A program made the translations under genes and the position numbers. This document shows, piece by piece, positions 43,646-53,313 of a stretch of DNA of 57,085 nt. Source of the DNA: a virus (Duplodnaviria; Caudoviricetes); the IMG/VR virus record IMGVR_UViG_3300023105_000039, positions 1 to 57,085 of that record; one strand, given 5' to 3'. Numbering within the stretch: position 1 is the stretch's first letter; each line of letters starts with the position of its first letter. The notes below the pieces were generated by a model. The model was not told the DNA's origin and made no database searches. It was given only the letters and a program-made list of their open reading frames with translations.

Positions 43646-44520
43646 AATGGTCCTAAAATTCTTTTGTGGGCTCTCGCTATGTCGGGGAGTTGTAGGAGAA
43701 GTGTTTCCTCAGAAATCTGCGGAACTTTGATCGAATCTGTCTCCAACCAAATTGGAGGAGATGATAGGAATTTATGGCGATCGAGCGCTTCAACCTTGAA
43801 ACTTCTGTATTTTCTCGATCCGTCTGCTTGCCATCCATTTTTTGGTCCTCTTAGTCCTAAATCCTTCATTTTCTTGACGGCTGTAATCCTCACTATGGTC
43901 TCTGAAAAATCAAAGTCGCCAATCTGTTCGTCTGATAAAATTGAGAGCACACAGGCGTCTTTTACGGGGTTATTGCCGTCAATTCTGTGAGTTGGATAGA
44001 ACCAGATCTCATTACAGAAGTGGTCTTCGCTCCCTATAAAGCCAAGGTGGTGCTTGCCGCCCCTTGAAAAGGCTAGTCTATCCCACACTTGATAGGTTTT
44101 TGGTCTATTCTCGCAAGGAAGCAGATTGTAGGTTGCGTGCTCGTCAAAGTAGTAGCAAACTCCGAAGTCAATTGACCTTAGTTTAGCATAATCGGAGTAG
44201 CCCGTCAAGGTGTTTTCGTCCAAACGGATCGAAGAACATAGATCAGAGAAAGGCACAAGCCCTTTCAATCCGAGAACAAAGAGCAAGTGCTCCCAAAGAG
44301 CGATCTTTTGCTGACCTGTGGCTAGTTCGCCGTCGGGTGTAGTCCAGAGTTGAGGTTCGTTGTGAAGACCCCAACTAGACAGGTCAACAGATAGTCCAAA
44401 GAAATCAAACTCAAACGGCTTCTCTGGTTCTGTGAAGAACACGGGAATGTCCCGTTCTGCTGCGAACAAGAGGGCGCGGAGAGAAGAGCCAACTACGATT
44501 TCGTCGTAGTAAGGGTTCAA
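43630..44520 (-). CDS. hypothetical protein with degenerate Rossmann-like N-terminus
   Basis: YDEIVVGSSLRALLFA. Confidence 0.55.
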   Translation of the reverse strand: MNPYYDEIVVGSSLRALLFAAERDIPVFFTEPEKPFEFDFFGLSVDLSSWGLHNEPQLWTTPDGELATGQQKIALWEHLLFVLGLKGLVPFSDLCSSIRLDENTLTGYSDYAKLRSIDFGVCYYFDEHATYNLLPCENRPKTYQVWDRLAFSRGGKHHLGFIGSEDHFCNEIWFYPTHRIDGNNPVKDACVLSILSDEQIGDFDFSETIVRITAVKKMKDLGLRGPKNGWQADGSRKYRSFKVEALDRHKFLSSPPIWLETDSIKVPQISEETLLLQLPDIARAHKRILGPLWLNT

Positions 44521-45149
44521 CTATCCCCCTTCATCTCCTTGATTACCTGCTTTGCGAGGCGTGAGATGAGGAACTTTGTATTGTTCTGCATTTTGCTCTT
44601 GATCTCAAGTCCTTCTGCGAACTTGATTGGTCGCTTGGACTTGCCGACGCGGGTCATAAACTCGCCTTCCTTGCCGCCAAGGAAACTACCCATTTCCTCT
44701 TCTTTGCCGTAGCCGGGGAACTCTGCGTCGTTAGTGCCGATAAGGTAAGACTCTTCGCCGCCTCGGGGAACGAACAAGACAGAATCCTGACAAAAGTGCT
44801 CTCCAAGACCAGCGATAGAAGCCTTGAAGTTCGGGTCGTCTTTGAGATTTACAACAAAGAATGAGTCTTCCTTTACCTCTTTTGCGGCGTCAGTTCCAAA
44901 GTCCTCAACATAAGTGCCGTCTACGTCAGTGACGCCATAGCCTTTCTGTAAAAGAACAGCCTTCATCTGGCGGTTGCGCTCGTAGTTCTCCATAGCGTTG
45001 CTGTGGTCTGGACGGCACTTTGTTCTATCCTTTGGATTATCACGAAACGCAGTCAAGAATGCTGTGTCGTGGTTTAGAATGTGCTCGTAGGTACGGCTGA
45101 TTGAACTTTCGTTTATAAAGCCCTTCCACTCGTTTAGTATTTCTTTCAT
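44517..45149 (-). CDS. hypothetical phage protein
   Basis: MKEILNEW..FINE; FLTAFR...G.Y.E...EDSFFV...FCQDSVL; ACTAATTA upstream. Confidence 0.7.
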   Translation of the reverse strand: MKEILNEWKGFINESSISRTYEHILNHDTAFLTAFRDNPKDRTKCRPDHSNAMENYERNRQMKAVLLQKGYGVTDVDGTYVEDFGTDAAKEVKEDSFFVVNLKDDPNFKASIAGLGEHFCQDSVLFVPRGGEESYLIGTNDAEFPGYGKEEEMGSFLGGKEGEFMTRVGKSKRPIKFAEGLEIKSKMQNNTKFLISRLAKQVIKEMKGDS

Positions 45150-45173
45150 TGTTGTTCTCCCGCTGTAATTAGT

Positions 45174-45368
45174 TTATTCCTCGCCTTCTTCTTCGCAAAA
45201 CAGATCGATGTAAGTCTCAATCTGGCTGAGAATTTCAAAAGCAAGGTTCTTTGCTTTCTTCATTTGTTTTGGGTCATTCAGGTCAAACCTGATTGTGCTA
45301 TGTTTCAGTCTCTTATTGTAGCGCGTGTGTTCGCCGTCTACAATAACAAAAACGTTATCTGTACTCAT
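45174..45368 (-). CDS. hypothetical protein
   Basis: 64-aa ORF, ATGA coupling. Confidence 0.6.
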   Translation of the reverse strand: MSTDNVFVIVDGEHTRYNKRLKHSTIRFDLNDPKQMKKAKNLAFEILSQIETYIDLFCEEEGEE

Positions 45369-46015
45369 TCTTCGTTCTCCTTGACTGGAAGCATTCCTGC
45401 TGCGGTCATAGCCTCAATCGTCATAGAGAAGTCGCCCTGCTCTTCTACAAGTCGTAGCATTTCTGCTGCGACCTCACGAACCTCCAACTGGGCGTGTTCG
45501 TCATTTCGTAGTTTCTGGAAATGAGCGAAAGAGCGCCAATTGAACATAATGTCGCAAGTGATCTGAATGCCGTAGGGTAGGTAAAGACGAGCACTTTCCT
45601 TCGCACGCTTTCGTGAATAGCCCTTCTCTTCTAAACGAGCAATGCACCTGTGATAGCGGTCGTAGGCGTCCTTGATAAAGGCTTCTAGTTCGCCGCGTTC
45701 TTCTTCGTCCCAGTCAACGGGTAGGTGATACTTATCAACCTTGAACTCCTTGTAGCGTGCCGACTCTGCGTTGATGTTTACACCAATCCTGTGTTTGAGT
45801 AGGTGGATGTGCGTAGCAATGTCGGTCGTCACGAGAAAGTGAAGAGACGACTTCTCGAACGGCGTGTGATGACCTTCGGTTGCTAGCATCATAAGCAACT
45901 TACCCATTCGGGCACGCTTCTTTGGACCTAACTGGCGGCTGGTGCTAGTCCAAGCCGAGAGTGCGTGTGTTTCATCACTCCCGTAGGTTCCCATCAACTC
46001 AACTTCGTTTTTCAT
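45365..46015 (-). CDS. thyX: flavin-dependent thymidylate synthase
   Basis: GHHTPFE, HLLKHR......ESARY, ESARLYLP, NWRS..HF..LR...HAQLEVR. Confidence 0.9.
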   Translation of the reverse strand: MKNEVELMGTYGSDETHALSAWTSTSRQLGPKKRARMGKLLMMLATEGHHTPFEKSSLHFLVTTDIATHIHLLKHRIGVNINAESARYKEFKVDKYHLPVDWDEEERGELEAFIKDAYDRYHRCIARLEEKGYSRKRAKESARLYLPYGIQITCDIMFNWRSFAHFQKLRNDEHAQLEVREVAAEMLRLVEEQGDFSMTIEAMTAAGMLPVKENEE

Positions 46016-46035
46016 TTGTTCTCCGTTATGTTTAC

Positions 46036-46064
46036 AATGTAACAGATTACAGTTCAGTCGTCAA
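46036..46064 (-). promoter_or_regulatory. sigma70-type promoter
   Basis: TTGACG-17-TACATT. Confidence 0.75.
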
Positions 46065-46947
46065 GTTCAGATAGCAAAGTTTTTATGTCTAGCCCTGCAC
46101 AGTCAGTCTTCTTCTTGTTGACGTGATAATGACTGACGAATCCTCTTTCCTTACCGTAAGTCCATTTCTGTTCGTAAGTTGTAGAAGTCTTACCGAATTG
46201 ATTTGTTGGGGTCTCAAAAGGAACGTCGCAAGCGCTGTGGATTGCGCTCCATAGTGCTTTGAGTGCCTCTATCTGGATTGGGTAGAAACCAAGGAACGGA
46301 TCCAACTCGTCTCCGTGAACCCAAGCGCCTTCTACGATTGGACGCTCACCAAAGCCTTTCTTCACATAGGATTTCTGGTATTTCGGGTAGTAGCCGTTTG
46401 AGATCTCAACACCAACAGACTTGCGGTTTACGTTGCCTGCGTGCCAAGCAGCGTGTTGGAGATCGAGGGTCTGATAGATTGTGCCGTCGTTGTCGATCAA
46501 GAAGTGAACGGAGATTCCGCGCTTATCTAGAACTCTTTGGCACATTGCGGAAGACAAACACACGTCCCAGTGGTTGACGAACAACTTAACGTCGCGCTTT
46601 GGTCTGCCTGTGTAGTCATAGTAGGTGCCTGAGCGGGCAGCAAGACCACCGCGCTCGGACCATAGAACAAGTTTGTCCCATTTGATGGGGGTAAACTCGC
46701 CATTGTAAACAATGTAGTTGGAATAGTGAGGATCTTCGGGCTTATGGTCGTCAATGTTTTCTTGTCTCTCGACCCAAAGGCGACGGAAGGTGGAAGGACC
46801 ACACAATCCGTCGGCTTTGAGACCATAGGACTTCTGAAACCTCTTGATTGCTCTTACAAGTTTGTCGTCAAAATGTTTTTCCCCAAACCAAGTGGGGTCC
46901 CAGCCTAGGTTAGCAGCCGACGACTGGTTGTAAAAGTCTTTATCCAT
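46054..46947 (-). CDS. endolysin-like protein: PG-binding domain + N-acetylmuramoyl-L-alanine amidase (Amidase_2)
   Basis: AIKRFQKSYGLKADGLCGPST; NHWD, SVHFLIDNDGTIYQ, AWHAG, SVGVEI, SH......K.DC. Confidence 0.88.
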   Translation of the reverse strand: MDKDFYNQSSAANLGWDPTWFGEKHFDDKLVRAIKRFQKSYGLKADGLCGPSTFRRLWVERQENIDDHKPEDPHYSNYIVYNGEFTPIKWDKLVLWSERGGLAARSGTYYDYTGRPKRDVKLFVNHWDVCLSSAMCQRVLDKRGISVHFLIDNDGTIYQTLDLQHAAWHAGNVNRKSVGVEISNGYYPKYQKSYVKKGFGERPIVEGAWVHGDELDPFLGFYPIQIEALKALWSAIHSACDVPFETPTNQFGKTSTTYEQKWTYGKERGFVSHYHVNKKKTDCAGLDIKTLLSELDD

Positions 46948-47220
46948 TTATTCCATTACTCCTATTACATAATTCTCTAAAATTGTGTAATAAGTAGAAT
47001 GGTCGATTGATAAAACGTCCAACATCTTCTTGTCTATGATAATTTTATTGCCTTTTTCGCACCCGAAGGACACGTCGTCGGCAACGCCCAAGACCTCAAC
47101 AACAACGTGATTGAGTTCTGGGGCTTTGTAGTCGTCAGGAAGAAGAATTCCTGAATCTGACTTCTCCTGTGGGGGAGTGTAATCCACTAGAATGTGGCGA
47201 TTTACTGGCTTAAACATCAT
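46948..47220 (-). CDS. groES: co-chaperonin GroES
   Basis: FKPVNRHILV...SDSGILLPD...VLGV. Confidence 0.75.
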   Translation of the reverse strand: MMFKPVNRHILVDYTPPQEKSDSGILLPDDYKAPELNHVVVEVLGVADDVSFGCEKGNKIIIDKKMLDVLSIDHSTYYTILENYVIGVME

Positions 47221-47440
47221 TTACCTCGCTTAGAATGAGTTTTTCGTGGGTTTTGTAGTCCTCGGAATGAAGGAACTTTTCTGTTCTTGCTCCACATTCC
47301 TCGCACAACATACTTACGCAGACATTGTTGCCTGCGGTTGCCTGTCCTTCTGAGACAGGCTTCCATTTACAGACAACAAGGTTTCTGTTCTTACAGAATT
47401 GTAATCGCTCTCTTTCATTTAGCAAGTGGTTGAATTTCAT
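47210..47440 (-). CDS. hypothetical zinc-binding protein
   Basis: CEECG; GAGG RBS. Confidence 0.6.
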   Translation of the reverse strand: MKFNHLLNERERLQFCKNRNLVVCKWKPVSEGQATAGNNVCVSMLCEECGARTEKFLHSEDYKTHEKLILSEVNDV

Positions 47441-47448
47441 TTTTCCTC

Positions 47449-49410
47449 CTAGAGTTCACAATGATCTGAATCACAGAACTTGGTTCCTGCGCCACCTTCG
47501 TCAGTTGAGAAACGCTGAACAGGTGTAATGTTCTTGGACATTTCTTCGTACTGCTCTCTGGTGATAGGCTCGTAAGGTGCCTGAACGTAGCCGGTTTCTT
47601 CGTAGCGAAGGAATGAGACAGCCTTGAGTCTGCCTTCGTACATTTCAAGGGCAGTCTTGATGTCTGCTGCTTCTTCCGGCTTGAAGGTGACGGTAATAGA
47701 CACAGAGTTATCAGCCCAGAAGTGCTGGTATTGCGCTGCGATCTCCAACTGTTCCCACATTGTGATCTCGCGCTTACCTTTCATGAAATGTTCTTCGTGA
47801 ACAGGGAACTCGACACACATGGTATTTGGTGAGTAGTGGTCTGGCTCAATCTTGTAGCCTGCTTCTCTGAGTGCTGGTAGCATGTCGCTGTCGGCAGCAA
47901 AGCGAATGCGACGAATGTAGAACTCATCCTCTGGGTAGTGGATTCCGGGTGTAGAGCCGTTGAGAAGAGAAACCGTTCCTGAAGGCTTGATAGAAGTCAT
48001 TCTAACAGACTGCGGAATGCAGAGCCAATCAGAGTATTGCTTATCCAACTCACGGACATGTTCATAAGCATCATCGCACCAGTTTAGCATCTTACGACGA
48101 CCAAACTTGTTGAAAGCCTGAACAACACCAGACTGAGAAAGACCGATTCGGCGGTTCTTTAACATTTTTGCGTTAGTCTCAGCCCAATGGGTGTTTGCAA
48201 GAGTAACAGTCTTGCCGTAAAGGTAGGCAATTTTGAGTGTTGCGAGGTAATCCTCGTAGGTTTCGTGCTTGGCTGGGAAGGTCTCAACAAGACAGCACAA
48301 CTCAGCGTCTTCCAACTGCTGCTCAACGCAGGGGTTGAAGCCCATAACGTTCTTATCGTCGTCACGGGGAGGATCGGCAAAGCGACCACGGGTTCTTGCG
48401 TTGTCCAGCCAAATGTAGCCGGGCTCTCCGTTCTTCTGTGACTGCTCTGCGTGCCAAGTGTAGTCCTGACCAACAATAGCGTGGAAAGAGTTGTTTGAAC
48501 CCCAACGATGGTGAGCCAACTTCTCAGAGTCGTTCTTCATCTGTAGGTAATCAAAGTCTTCGTGGTTACCAAGAGCCAACGCAGCAGAACGACGAACGTT
48601 ACCCGCTACCACACAGCGACCGATTAGGTTTTCTGTGTCTACAATGTCTACGGAGGTGATTGGCTGACCGATGCGTGGGGTATAAAGTTCGATTAGGCTC
48701 TCATGTAGTTCCTTGAGAGGTCCGTGACCGCTAGAAGTTCCACCAAATCCGTTGATTGGAGCACCATAGGGACGAATAGCGGAGTAATCAAAAGTGGGGA
48801 CTTTAGCGCCAAAGAGGAAGCCATTTAGAAGAATCTTGACTGAATTGACCCAGCCTTCGCGGGAATCGTCAATGACGTAGTTCTCGTTTGTGAACTCTGG
48901 CTGCTGGACTGTTAGTGAGCCTGCACCAAGTGTGTCGAAACCAACACCAATACCCAACATAAGAGCGTCCATCATCCAAGCAAAGAGATAACCACCCTTG
49001 CTGTTGAGTTCTCGGGTTGAGCGGAAAGCGCAATTGAATAGACCAGCAGCGGTACGTTCGTTTACGAACTTGGTTCCCATCATCCAAAGACCACGACCGG
49101 GTGGTGTCCACTTTAGATTGAATAGACGATCGTAGGCGTCCTTTGCTGTCTTCTGTGCTTTGTTGTCGTTCCATTCAAGACCGAGACGATAGACGTGCTG
49201 TTTCTGCATCTCAAACATGCCCTCAATAACGCGACGGCAGGTCTGGTACCATTCTTCAGTTCCGCTTGCGTTCTCGTCAAACTCGTTCAAACGGCGGGCA
49301 TAGGTGCGTTTGAATGTTACATAGCCAAGCGGTCCCCAAGGAACTTCCTGTTCCTTGTACTGCTCTATGAATGTGTCTGATAGTTTAAATCTACGAATGT
49401 GTGTTCTCAT
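47449..49410 (-). CDS. nrdJ: class II (adenosylcobalamin-dependent) ribonucleotide reductase
   Basis: RTYAR, PPGRGLW, FNC, VVAGNVRRSA, NPCVEQ, CCLVE, KPSGTVS, C-terminal CDSDHC. Confidence 0.93.
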   Translation of the reverse strand: MRTHIRRFKLSDTFIEQYKEQEVPWGPLGYVTFKRTYARRLNEFDENASGTEEWYQTCRRVIEGMFEMQKQHVYRLGLEWNDNKAQKTAKDAYDRLFNLKWTPPGRGLWMMGTKFVNERTAAGLFNCAFRSTRELNSKGGYLFAWMMDALMLGIGVGFDTLGAGSLTVQQPEFTNENYVIDDSREGWVNSVKILLNGFLFGAKVPTFDYSAIRPYGAPINGFGGTSSGHGPLKELHESLIELYTPRIGQPITSVDIVDTENLIGRCVVAGNVRRSAALALGNHEDFDYLQMKNDSEKLAHHRWGSNNSFHAIVGQDYTWHAEQSQKNGEPGYIWLDNARTRGRFADPPRDDDKNVMGFNPCVEQQLEDAELCCLVETFPAKHETYEDYLATLKIAYLYGKTVTLANTHWAETNAKMLKNRRIGLSQSGVVQAFNKFGRRKMLNWCDDAYEHVRELDKQYSDWLCIPQSVRMTSIKPSGTVSLLNGSTPGIHYPEDEFYIRRIRFAADSDMLPALREAGYKIEPDHYSPNTMCVEFPVHEEHFMKGKREITMWEQLEIAAQYQHFWADNSVSITVTFKPEEAADIKTALEMYEGRLKAVSFLRYEETGYVQAPYEPITREQYEEMSKNITPVQRFSTDEGGAGTKFCDSDHCEL

Positions 49411-50804
49411 TTACTGTTACTCCTTATTTTTCTGAACTTGTCGTATTTGTTCTTTAGAATCTCTTTTTGCTCCTTGGCGCTAGTAACAACGGGGCTACTG
49501 GCTATTTGTGGTCCTGCGCCAGAAGGAACAACTGGCTTGGGCAACATCTTGATGCACACATTTGAAGTGTCCATGAAGAGATCGTAGACAAGACCGTCAG
49601 GTCCGTTACGATTTTTGGCGATAAACATCTTCGCCTTATTATTCTGCTTGTCCTCGATCGTTCGTGAAAGAGTGCAGATGAAGTCAGCAACGAAGCACTT
49701 GTTGAATGCCTCGGAGATCTGCTCCATAGTCACAACCTCTGCGTTGAGTCCAGAGCGGTTGGTCTGAGAAGCAGTCCAAATGGGGCAGTTGAACTCGTTG
49801 GAAAGTCCTCGTAATTCCTCGTAGATTGACTCCAGTTCCGTCCGTTTTTCTTTTCGGACTACGACAGGACGTAGCAAATCTGCGTAGTCTACGATAATCA
49901 TACCGGGCTCTATGCCCCTCTTTACTAGACGGGCAAGGTGTGCCTTGATGGTGTTCGTTGAGGCTGACTTGGTTGGGTATTCCTTGACGATTAGTGTTCC
50001 GTCAAGATCCTTGATCTCTTCAAAGATCTCGTCCTTGAAGTTGGCTAGATCAGATAGAGGATACTTTGTGATGCAGGAGTCGTAGCGACAAGCAACAACT
50101 GTGTCCTGCAACTCAAGGGTGTAGTGGACTACTGTCTTTCCTTCCTTGATTGCCTGAGAACCCAAATGAACCAAAGCCATTGACTTCCCAGCGCCAGTAG
50201 GAGCAATAACCACCCCCAATTCGTTCCTACCCAATCCGCCACTTGTAATTCTATCAATTTCGTTCCATCCTGTTGTTACTGGTAAACGGAACTTTGGCTT
50301 GTAGCGCTCTTCAAAGTCCGCAATAAAGTCGTGACCAAAGTTGTTCTCTGAACCCAACTTGAGCGCATCGTTGATTACCTTTGAGATCTCATCAAAAGAG
50401 CAGGTCTGTAGAAGTCCAACAGACTTCATCATTGCTTCCTTGAGTTTCTGCTTTCGGCAGAAGTCAAGTGAAGTCTCTTTAATGTAATCTACATCGTCGG
50501 AGATCTCGTTAGTGTGGATTCTCGCATAATAATCACGAACCTGCTGCTGTGTTACTTCTGATTCGCGGTCAAGTTCTGTTCGTAGCACCGAAATCATCGC
50601 ATTTGTGGATGGATGCTTTCCGTACTTTGTCCTGTATTCTACGATCTTCGCAACAAACGTGCGAAGGTACTCAAGCTCTAGAAACTCAACGTCTAGAACC
50701 TCAGTGATCTGATCTGCGAAGGGTCGATCCTCAAAAATGAGTTGAACGAGCCCCTCTTGGAAGGACTTTCCGTACCTTCCAAAGTCGGCTTTCTGTGCAA
50801 GCAT
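49407..50804 (-). CDS. replicative DNA helicase (DnaB/gp41-like)
   Basis: APTGAGKS, YTLEL, IIVDYADLL, WTASQTNR, AKNRNG. Confidence 0.92.
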   Translation of the reverse strand: MLAQKADFGRYGKSFQEGLVQLIFEDRPFADQITEVLDVEFLELEYLRTFVAKIVEYRTKYGKHPSTNAMISVLRTELDRESEVTQQQVRDYYARIHTNEISDDVDYIKETSLDFCRKQKLKEAMMKSVGLLQTCSFDEISKVINDALKLGSENNFGHDFIADFEERYKPKFRLPVTTGWNEIDRITSGGLGRNELGVVIAPTGAGKSMALVHLGSQAIKEGKTVVHYTLELQDTVVACRYDSCITKYPLSDLANFKDEIFEEIKDLDGTLIVKEYPTKSASTNTIKAHLARLVKRGIEPGMIIVDYADLLRPVVVRKEKRTELESIYEELRGLSNEFNCPIWTASQTNRSGLNAEVVTMEQISEAFNKCFVADFICTLSRTIEDKQNNKAKMFIAKNRNGPDGLVYDLFMDTSNVCIKMLPKPVVPSGAGPQIASSPVVTSAKEQKEILKNKYDKFRKIRSNSK

Positions 50805-50829
50805 AATGCTCCTAGGTCTCGCACTACTA

Positions 50830-50857
50830 AATATAACGCACGCAGATAAAAAGTCAA
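50830..50857 (-). promoter_or_regulatory. sigma70-type promoter
   Basis: TTGACT-16-TATATT. Confidence 0.6.
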
Positions 50858-50904
50858 GGCGAGTTAGACTTTATTTTTGCTCTTGACGATGCCTAACTCT
50901 GATT

Positions 50905-53313
50905 CTACCAGTTCTTGCAGGACCAGTAGCGTGCTTTCAACTTGGAGCCGGGATTGTCACAGTTGTGGCGGGCGCGAAAATTCTTTCTACGACCCTTTTG
51001 CTTGCGCTTGATCTTTAGACCGGCATCACCATAACGGATTATCTTCTCTGTTCCGCCATCACAAGCCTTGACAACAAATTTCTTTTTGCCGTGACCTGCT
51101 TCGCCTTTACGGATGCGGCGAGGAGAGTTACATTTCATCTTATCTTTTTCAGACTTCTTCTTTTTCTTTTCTGCGAGGACAGCTTGGTATTCTTCTCTGA
51201 TAATCTGCTCAAGATAAGCCTCGTTTTTTGGCATAAGTTTGTAGCAAGGAGTATTGTCACCCCAGAAACTAGTCATATGTGAACCCATAGGTCTGCCGGT
51301 ATAATCTAGATTTGTTTTTGCATTACCAACATATTCGCCTGTTTTTGCGTGACACCAAAGATTTTTATTCATACAACCTTCCCAATCACTAGGGCATTTA
51401 GGATGTTTTCGTGGTTCTACGGGCTTACTATGTGAAGCAGGATGAATATGCCCAGAACGACCTCCGCTGCCAACGCGAGCGCCGGGATAATTATCAAAAC
51501 TTTCTTCTAACTCTTCATCATCAGAACGATCAATGATATCGTCAATAGCATCAGATTGATCGCCATGCATCTTGACAGATTTCTTCAACTGCTTGGAAAT
51601 CTTCTTTAGTTTTTCTTCGTCAGCTTTGGTGTGTGATTCTTCAACTACCTCTTCGACAAGTCTTAGTAGTTCTGTTCTGGTAAGTTTCATAGTATTTCCC
51701 TCGCTATAAGTAGTTCTTGAATCAAACAGAGACTCATTCATTCCCTGCTCTTTCATATGTGCAAGATAAGTTGGGTGCCTTTTGGCTTTGCTATGAACAT
51801 AAAAATCTTTATCGTTGGCGAGCCTTAGTAGAGCCTCTATCGGTGTACGGGGGTTTTTAGCAACCTGTTCTTTAACGGATGATTCTTCATCATTTGCAAG
51901 TTTAGACAACAATTCGGGCGGCGTGGACTCATTGGTTGCAACTCCGAGTCTATTGTATTTATCGTCGCTATCTGCAAGTTTGAACAATATTTCTCGTGGT
52001 AAGTTGGGATTACCTACAAGATCATTTATGACGTAAGTCTCTGTATCGTCAGCAAGCTTTACCAAGACATCTACCGGTGTGTTGAGATTTGCGGCAACCG
52101 AACCTCTAACAACCATATGCTTATCTTCTGAAAGTTTCCTTAGTATTTCAGGTGGCGTGTGATCTCTATCGGCAACACTTTGTCTAACATAAGAATCTTT
52201 ATCATTAGCTAGTTTTACTAGCAACTCAGGTGGTATATTTTCATTTCCAGCGACCCCGGATCTGACGCGAGCCTTCTCATCATCGGCAAGTTTTATTATG
52301 GTCTTCATCGGCGTTGAGGAGTTACCAGCAACCCACACTCTAATGTAAGTTTCTTCATCGCTAGCAAGTTTCTGCAACACCTCTGGTGGAGTAGAGGAAT
52401 TTTTGGCGACTAGGGCTCTGATTTTGTGATTCTCGTCACTAGCAATCTTTCTTGCAACTTCTGGACTTAGCTCGTATTCGGCAACATTTGCAATAAAGTC
52501 AAGCTTCTCGCCTTCTCCCATATTTGCTATCGCTTTATCAAAAGCATCAGGATCTTTAGCAATCTTCTCTATTTGCTTCTTTGCTGGGTGTCTACCTGCA
52601 ATAGAGTCTGCGTGTGCCTCCATAGCCCTAAGCGCAGGTAATGCTTGATCTCCCAAGATCTCTTTGTATTTTTCATAGTCTATTCCATTATTGGCTGCGT
52701 CTACAGTTACTCCTCCGTAGTCTCCTCTGAAAACGGGCTCTCCTCCAGCGAAGCCAACTGAAAGTTTTGAAGTTGGATCTTGTCTTGGATCTGCACCTTT
52801 TTTGATAACATAGTAGAGGACAATGTTGTTTCTTTTTCTAGCAACATAAGACAAGAAAAGGTTTTGTGATTGTGTTGCAGCGGTACACCAAGTGGTGCCC
52901 TTACCAAGCTGACACGAACTTTCGCGTGTGTGAGGCATAGCCACAACCCAGTCACCAAACTCACCAATATAAGTTGTTTCTTCGTCTTTCAAACGGCGGC
53001 GCTCTTCGCCCTTAGAGCCACCAAGGTCTTCTAAAGCCTGACGAAGAACGGCGGGTGTCTTGTAGGCATAAATGTCTGGTGACATCTTCTTTGCCTTCAG
53101 GCGCTGCTTTGCGGCGTCAAAAGATTGTACGACGCCAATAATGTCCTCGACTGGCTCATCACCTCTACGCTTCTGAATCCACTGAAGGTATTGTGGGTTC
53201 TTGATTCCAGCATCATAAGCGGGCTGTAGTTCTGGGAATTTTGCAACAAGGTCTTCTGCCTTGCCCTCAAGAAAGAGCCTTAGTTCTTCCTTTATTGTGT
53301 GTTGGATGTTCAT
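50905..53313 (-). CDS. modular protein: WC-motif domain, ~24-aa HEAT/LRV-like repeats, C-terminal basic NFRARHNC...YWSC domain (likely start 53313)
   Basis: LGKGTTWCTA; ~9 repeats of VAxNxxTPxExLxKLAxD; TAATG coupling to upstream gene. Confidence 0.75.
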   Translation of the reverse strand: MNIQHTIKEELRLFLEGKAEDLVAKFPELQPAYDAGIKNPQYLQWIQKRRGDEPVEDIIGVVQSFDAAKQRLKAKKMSPDIYAYKTPAVLRQALEDLGGSKGEERRRLKDEETTYIGEFGDWVVAMPHTRESSCQLGKGTTWCTAATQSQNLFLSYVARKRNNIVLYYVIKKGADPRQDPTSKLSVGFAGGEPVFRGDYGGVTVDAANNGIDYEKYKEILGDQALPALRAMEAHADSIAGRHPAKKQIEKIAKDPDAFDKAIANMGEGEKLDFIANVAEYELSPEVARKIASDENHKIRALVAKNSSTPPEVLQKLASDEETYIRVWVAGNSSTPMKTIIKLADDEKARVRSGVAGNENIPPELLVKLANDKDSYVRQSVADRDHTPPEILRKLSEDKHMVVRGSVAANLNTPVDVLVKLADDTETYVINDLVGNPNLPREILFKLADSDDKYNRLGVATNESTPPELLSKLANDEESSVKEQVAKNPRTPIEALLRLANDKDFYVHSKAKRHPTYLAHMKEQGMNESLFDSRTTYSEGNTMKLTRTELLRLVEEVVEESHTKADEEKLKKISKQLKKSVKMHGDQSDAIDDIIDRSDDEELEESFDNYPGARVGSGGRSGHIHPASHSKPVEPRKHPKCPSDWEGCMNKNLWCHAKTGEYVGNAKTNLDYTGRPMGSHMTSFWGDNTPCYKLMPKNEAYLEQIIREEYQAVLAEKKKKKSEKDKMKCNSPRRIRKGEAGHGKKKFVVKACDGGTEKIIRYGDAGLKIKRKQKGRRKNFRARHNCDNPGSKLKARYWSCKNW

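Noticed and set aside
37870-49410. Inteins or introns in DnaE or NrdJ
   Set aside because: ORFs are continuous and of normal length; no intein or LAGLIDADG motifs were noticed.
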